A DNA stretch of 21,196 bases from an uncultured virus (IMG/VR IMGVR_UViG_3300038960_000189) (Duplodnaviria > Heunggongvirae > Uroviricota > Caudoviricetes): the IMG/VR virus record IMGVR_UViG_3300038960_000189; one strand, given 5' to 3'. The notes beneath the pieces were generated by a model. That model searched no databases. It worked only from the letters and a program-made list of their open reading frames with translations, and had not been told where the DNA came from. Shown here piece after piece: positions 17,195 through 21,196 of this stretch. Within the stretch, counting starts at the first letter, position 1, and the number at the start of each line of letters is the position of its first letter. Position numbers and translations under genes: made by a program.

Positions 17195-18519
17195 AACTCG
17201 ATATCATTCATTTTACTATAAATATTGCCTACTTTACATTTAACAGGAAAATCATCTCCTTCTAAACATGATTTTATTTTCGGTAATATTTCTTTAGCAT
17301 TATGAATTGGGACATCAAATAACACAGAATCATATGTATATAATACTATACATGTTTTATATCCTTTCAGTAAATATGATAGTTGATTTAATCGATTTGC
17401 AGTGAATTCTGTCTCATATGCTTGAAGATAATAATTAAATAATTTGTTTTGATTCATATCAGACAAACTATCTTTGCATAATGGTCTTTTCAATATTGGT
17501 GTTTGTATACATCCTTTTGTTTTCCATTCATTCCATAATGAATATACAATGTCATTTACTTCTTTAAAAAATGGAATCTTTAAAAACTCTTTTTCAATAT
17601 GACCATATAATAGTCTAAATGTTATTTGTTTGCTTTGTTCATATTGTTCTTCAGTTAAAGTGTCAGTACCAAAATAGAATTTACCAAAATATGTATGCAC
17701 TGATCCTTTTGGCAATTCGTATCCAATTAATCTTGCAATTAATCTTACATGATATGCATCGAAGTCAAATTCAACTAATGCTCCATTTTTAAATCTACTA
17801 CAAAATGCATCTCTAGTACCATCTTGTTTATTCATTGCTGCAAAATTGAATCCACGGAATGCATTAGAGGGACGACCTGTAGTTGTATGATAATGATAAT
17901 TTGAGTAGACTCGTCCGTCTGTAATCAATTCTTTCATTTTAAAAGAATCATTAATTTGCATTCCGTTGGATTCAATGTCAGCAAATATTTTTGGATATAT
18001 CATATTGAAACGTTTATATGAATCAGATAGTTTTGAATTAACTATCATTGGCATTGCATACTTGCGTATTTTTTGACACATTTCTACGTGTTTCATTAAT
18101 GGAATAATTGTGTTAACATGCTGTAAGTTAGTATGTCTTCTCCAATAGAAATGATGTGCATCTGTAAAATAATGATTGTCATCATATGCTTCATTATATG
18201 TATACCACCACAAACTTTTTACATCATAAACTTTATTGTTTCCGCCCATTTGTAACCATAACTTTTTGTCATGAACAAATATAGATTCCAATTGGAGTAG
18301 TTCATTTAAATGTTCTTTAAAGCCGTTTATTTGTTCTGTATGATGTATAGGAACAATGAATTCAATTTCATTGCTTGAATACACATAAATACATGATATT
18401 TTATTGATTGAAGGATGAAGTTGATGGTCAGTTAGTATAGGAATAACCAATACTATTTCTTCTTTTTTAATATCTTGTAATAATGAATCTAGTTCTTTTG
18501 AATCATCTATTATTATCAT
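17191..18519 (-). CDS. Compact, divergent family-A DNA polymerase-like protein
   Basis: IESNG, DGRV, TTTGRPS, motif A FDFDAYHVR, motif B SKQITFRLLYG, NYYLQ, motif C TYDS; only 442 aa. Confidence 0.85.
   Translation of the reverse strand: MIIIDDSKELDSLLQDIKKEEIVLVIPILTDHQLHPSINKISCIYVYSSNEIEFIVPIHHTEQINGFKEHLNELLQLESIFVHDKKLWLQMGGNNKVYDVKSLWWYTYNEAYDDNHYFTDAHHFYWRRHTNLQHVNTIIPLMKHVEMCQKIRKYAMPMIVNSKLSDSYKRFNMIYPKIFADIESNGMQINDSFKMKELITDGRVYSNYHYHTTTGRPSNAFRGFNFAAMNKQDGTRDAFCSRFKNGALVEFDFDAYHVRLIARLIGYELPKGSVHTYFGKFYFGTDTLTEEQYEQSKQITFRLLYGHIEKEFLKIPFFKEVNDIVYSLWNEWKTKGCIQTPILKRPLCKDSLSDMNQNKLFNYYLQAYETEFTANRLNQLSYLLKGYKTCIVLYTYDSVLFDVPIHNAKEILPKIKSCLEGDDFPVKCKVGNIYSKMNDIEL
17217..17225 (-). 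promoter_or_regulatory. ATATTTATA motif inside the 3' end of the polA-like gene, upstream of the nuclease-like gene
   Basis: 22 nt upstream of ATG 17194, similar spacing to the copies at 3403 and 15535. Confidence 0.4.
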
Positions 18520-18527
18520 ACATTAAT

Positions 18528-18556
18528 ATAATAATAATTTTTTATTAATTATCCAA
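18528..18556 (-). promoter_or_regulatory. Putative sigma70-like promoter (TTGGAT-N17-TATTAT), near-leaderless polA-like mRNA
   Basis: Fills the intergenic gap; 8 nt between -10 box and ATG. Confidence 0.6.
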
Positions 18557-18559
18557 GTA

Positions 18560-19177
18560 TTAGATTGGTGAATTAATATCTTCTGGAATTATAAATGTAT
18601 TGTCAGTATAAAATTCTATAAAATTTGATAATTTAGAAATTAGTCCAGGCATAGTTTTATTATATCGTAAAACTGTTAATTTATTTGTTTCACTTATACC
18701 TGTAACAACAGCTCCGTTAATAGTTTCAGTTTTTAAGTTTCCAGTAATAATCCATGGTAAACTCAAAGCTATATATACATTATTATCTATAAAATCTTTT
18801 TGATAATCTTGATATTGTTTGTCGTCTATTTCAGTGATAAGTAAGTTTGTTACATTTTGTACAAAATACCTTGTAATATATCCGCTATTTATATTTTCAA
18901 TCGACACTTCAGGATAATGTGTTGTTATAGATTTATATTTAGTTTTAATATTTTTATTTTGTATTCTATAAAAATTTCCAGATAAATTTAAGTTTTCATA
19001 TGGAATTAACTTTTTTGACAATGAAGGATGCCATTCTTTCCTAGTATATGTTTCACCAGTAATATATCGATGATATTCTCCTTGATATTCAGTTCCATCT
19101 GGATACATCAGTTCATTTCCAGATGTATATAAATTATTTATAATTTCATCAATTGTATAGTATACTTTTTGTCTCAT
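18560..19177 (-). CDS. Hypothetical protein, probably virion/baseplate-associated (start moved from 19204 to 19177)
   Basis: TAATG coupling with the upstream stop; LYTSGNE...EYQGEYH and TRYF segments; function inferred only from position. Confidence 0.7.
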   Translation of the reverse strand: MRQKVYYTIDEIINNLYTSGNELMYPDGTEYQGEYHRYITGETYTRKEWHPSLSKKLIPYENLNLSGNFYRIQNKNIKTKYKSITTHYPEVSIENINSGYITRYFVQNVTNLLITEIDDKQYQDYQKDFIDNNVYIALSLPWIITGNLKTETINGAVVTGISETNKLTVLRYNKTMPGLISKLSNFIEFYTDNTFIIPEDINSPI

Positions 19178-21196
19178 TATGATAATCTTGGTCTCATACC
19201 ACATCTAAATTTAGTGGTCCATTGTCCTGTTGTGTTAATAGTTTGGGTAATTTGATATATAAGAAATACGTTAAATTTAGAATATCGTTCTGGTAATCCA
19301 GAAAACTGTAATACATCTCCATATCTAAATCCATTTATTCCTGGCATTGTAAATTCAACTTCATATGGAAACATTGGAGCATTGATTGTATTTGATTCTA
19401 CTGCGGATGGTGTAGGATATTGTAGATATTTTTTTAAAGCTGATCTAAGCTCTTGTTGTGCGGTTTTACTTGTTGGGTCATCTCCTAATTTTTGTTTTGC
19501 AATATTTAATTTGTTAATACCATCTTCATGAATTTGTTTGTATTTTATCTTTAATTTTTTTGATGCTTCTTCATCTGCATACATTACATTTAAGTACGGA
19601 GCTATATCAGATTCAGAGATTTCGTCTACACCTTGATTTAAAACATATGCTAGATTTTTGACATTATCTGGTATTTTAGTTGTAATTTTAAAGTCTTGTA
19701 CAATTGAACCTCGAGGATCATTGGCCCATAAAGGAATATTGAATTCTTGTACAGTTGTATTAAAATTTACAAAGTTTTCATCATAAAATAATAATTGTTC
19801 TTGATTGTCTGGATGTGTTATAAGTTTCATTGAAACTGCTCCGCCAGTTGCATCTGAAATTTCTCCGCTTATTGCTCCTAAAAAGTCTTTTATTCTAAAT
19901 CTTTTTGACTCATACAACTTATCAGAAATTTCTTTGATTACATCCATGCTTATCATTATTCTTGATGCATAGCCGATATTATTTTCAAAGAACGATCTTG
20001 TGCCTACCGTCTCGCGAGAAGCTGGAAGGGCTCCGATAACACGATCTCCATATGTGTTTGTTGATCCGGAGCTATTTTTTCCTAATAACAAAATTCGTTC
20101 TGGATTAGATGATACTAATTCTGAATAATAATTGCAATAAGATATAGTTGGAGTTGCCAATGACGTAAATGCCGTATTAGAATCGTCTAATATCGTATCT
20201 GTACAATGGATCCATGGGGCTTCTGCAGAAAATGCCATTTTTTTCATTACATAAAAATTAATATAATTAATTAAATGTGCCAATGATACATGTCGATAAT
20301 AATCAGAAGCTTGTGTTTTATTTTTTTTCTTATCAAATTGTTGATATATACTTCCCCATCTTATATATGCCGGAAAATTGTGAATGACATTGTAGCCTAT
20401 TTGGTAAAACGTCGAATCGATGATTTCACTTCTCTTTTCTGGTTTTGTATCTATATATCTATTTACATCTTCTGATAATCTTTGATAAAATGTATTAATA
20501 GGTACTAATGAAATATTTTCGGCTGCTTGTACTACTAGATTAGGAATAGAATTATTTGTGTTAACAGCATTTAATGTGTTTACTGGCGGAGTTCCTGGAA
20601 TTACTGACGCTAATGAATCCCCAAAATTTACATTAAATGTTGGTGGTTTATAATTAGCTAACGCAGTAGAGCTAAATGTACTATTAGTTTTAGAAAATGT
20701 CTGATTATCATCAGTATCATCTATAGGATCTAGTAATGCATCTACTTCTTTTTCCTGTAATGTTTCTGGTCCGCTTGATATAAGCATGGTAACATCTGTA
20801 TATGTATTACTTGTGCCAGTAACTGATAATGTAGCTTCAATTGTGCCATTAGTTTGATAACTATAATCAAATGATGTTATAAGTCCTTTAAATTCAACAA
20901 ATCTAGGATAATCAACATCTGTTTCTGTGTCATTATCTGTTTCTAAGTCTTCTTGTTGATATTCAGTTAGTAATGATTCTTTTGGACTTTCGATACGAAT
21001 TTTAATAGCACGACCAGGTCGAAAAAACTTTGTTTCGGTTTCATCTAGATCACGTAATGGATCTGGAATTGTTATTCTACAAGTAGCTCGATTTAAAACA
21101 TTCATTGAATTATCACCAATAACAAGATCTACACTATTCAAAAAAGGTACTGTGCGTTTACTGTCATTCGATAAAAACTCCGTAGGTCTATATAGA
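19177..21196 (-). CDS. Large baseplate hub / tail-associated protein, 5' end beyond the right window edge
   Basis: Frame stays open from 21141 to the edge (LYRPTEFLSNDSKRTVPFLNSV); FKGLITSFDYS and C-terminal EFTMPGINGFRYGD...FLIYQITQTI...WTT resemble gp27/GPD-like hub barrels. Confidence 0.65.
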   Translation of the reverse strand, partial: LYRPTEFLSNDSKRTVPFLNSVDLVIGDNSMNVLNRATCRITIPDPLRDLDETETKFFRPGRAIKIRIESPKESLLTEYQQEDLETDNDTETDVDYPRFVEFKGLITSFDYSYQTNGTIEATLSVTGTSNTYTDVTMLISSGPETLQEKEVDALLDPIDDTDDNQTFSKTNSTFSSTALANYKPPTFNVNFGDSLASVIPGTPPVNTLNAVNTNNSIPNLVVQAAENISLVPINTFYQRLSEDVNRYIDTKPEKRSEIIDSTFYQIGYNVIHNFPAYIRWGSIYQQFDKKKNKTQASDYYRHVSLAHLINYINFYVMKKMAFSAEAPWIHCTDTILDDSNTAFTSLATPTISYCNYYSELVSSNPERILLLGKNSSGSTNTYGDRVIGALPASRETVGTRSFFENNIGYASRIMISMDVIKEISDKLYESKRFRIKDFLGAISGEISDATGGAVSMKLITHPDNQEQLLFYDENFVNFNTTVQEFNIPLWANDPRGSIVQDFKITTKIPDNVKNLAYVLNQGVDEISESDIAPYLNVMYADEEASKKLKIKYKQIHEDGINKLNIAKQKLGDDPTSKTAQQELRSALKKYLQYPTPSAVESNTINAPMFPYEVEFTMPGINGFRYGDVLQFSGLPERYSKFNVFLIYQITQTINTTGQWTTKFRCGMRPRLS

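Overview
AT-rich, gene-dense segment of a large dsDNA bacteriophage (probably a myovirus), with all convincing genes on the minus strand. In transcription order (right to left) it encodes: a baseplate-hub-like protein (cut by the window edge), a putative virion protein, a highly atypical compact family-A polymerase, a PD-(D/E)xK-like nuclease and small putative capsid-cargo proteins (one annexin-like), a T4-style replication block (gp32-like SSB, RecA/UvsX, 5'-3' exonuclease, DnaB-like helicase), a class II ribonucleotide reductase, a 7-deazaguanine cluster (folE2, queD, queE; no queC/dpdA in the window) interleaved with tRNA-Gln/Glu/Ala, GroES, ClpP, a DOT1-like methyltransferase, a lipoprotein, a secreted metalloprotease and a UV-damage endonuclease (cut by the left edge, missed by the ORF track). 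Two 10-N gaps with 6-bp duplicated flanks artificially split nrdJ and ssb. Two recurrent upstream motifs suggest two promoter classes. tRNA sequences and signal peptides point to a Bacteroidota host (inference). All calls come from reading motifs by eye; no database search was run.
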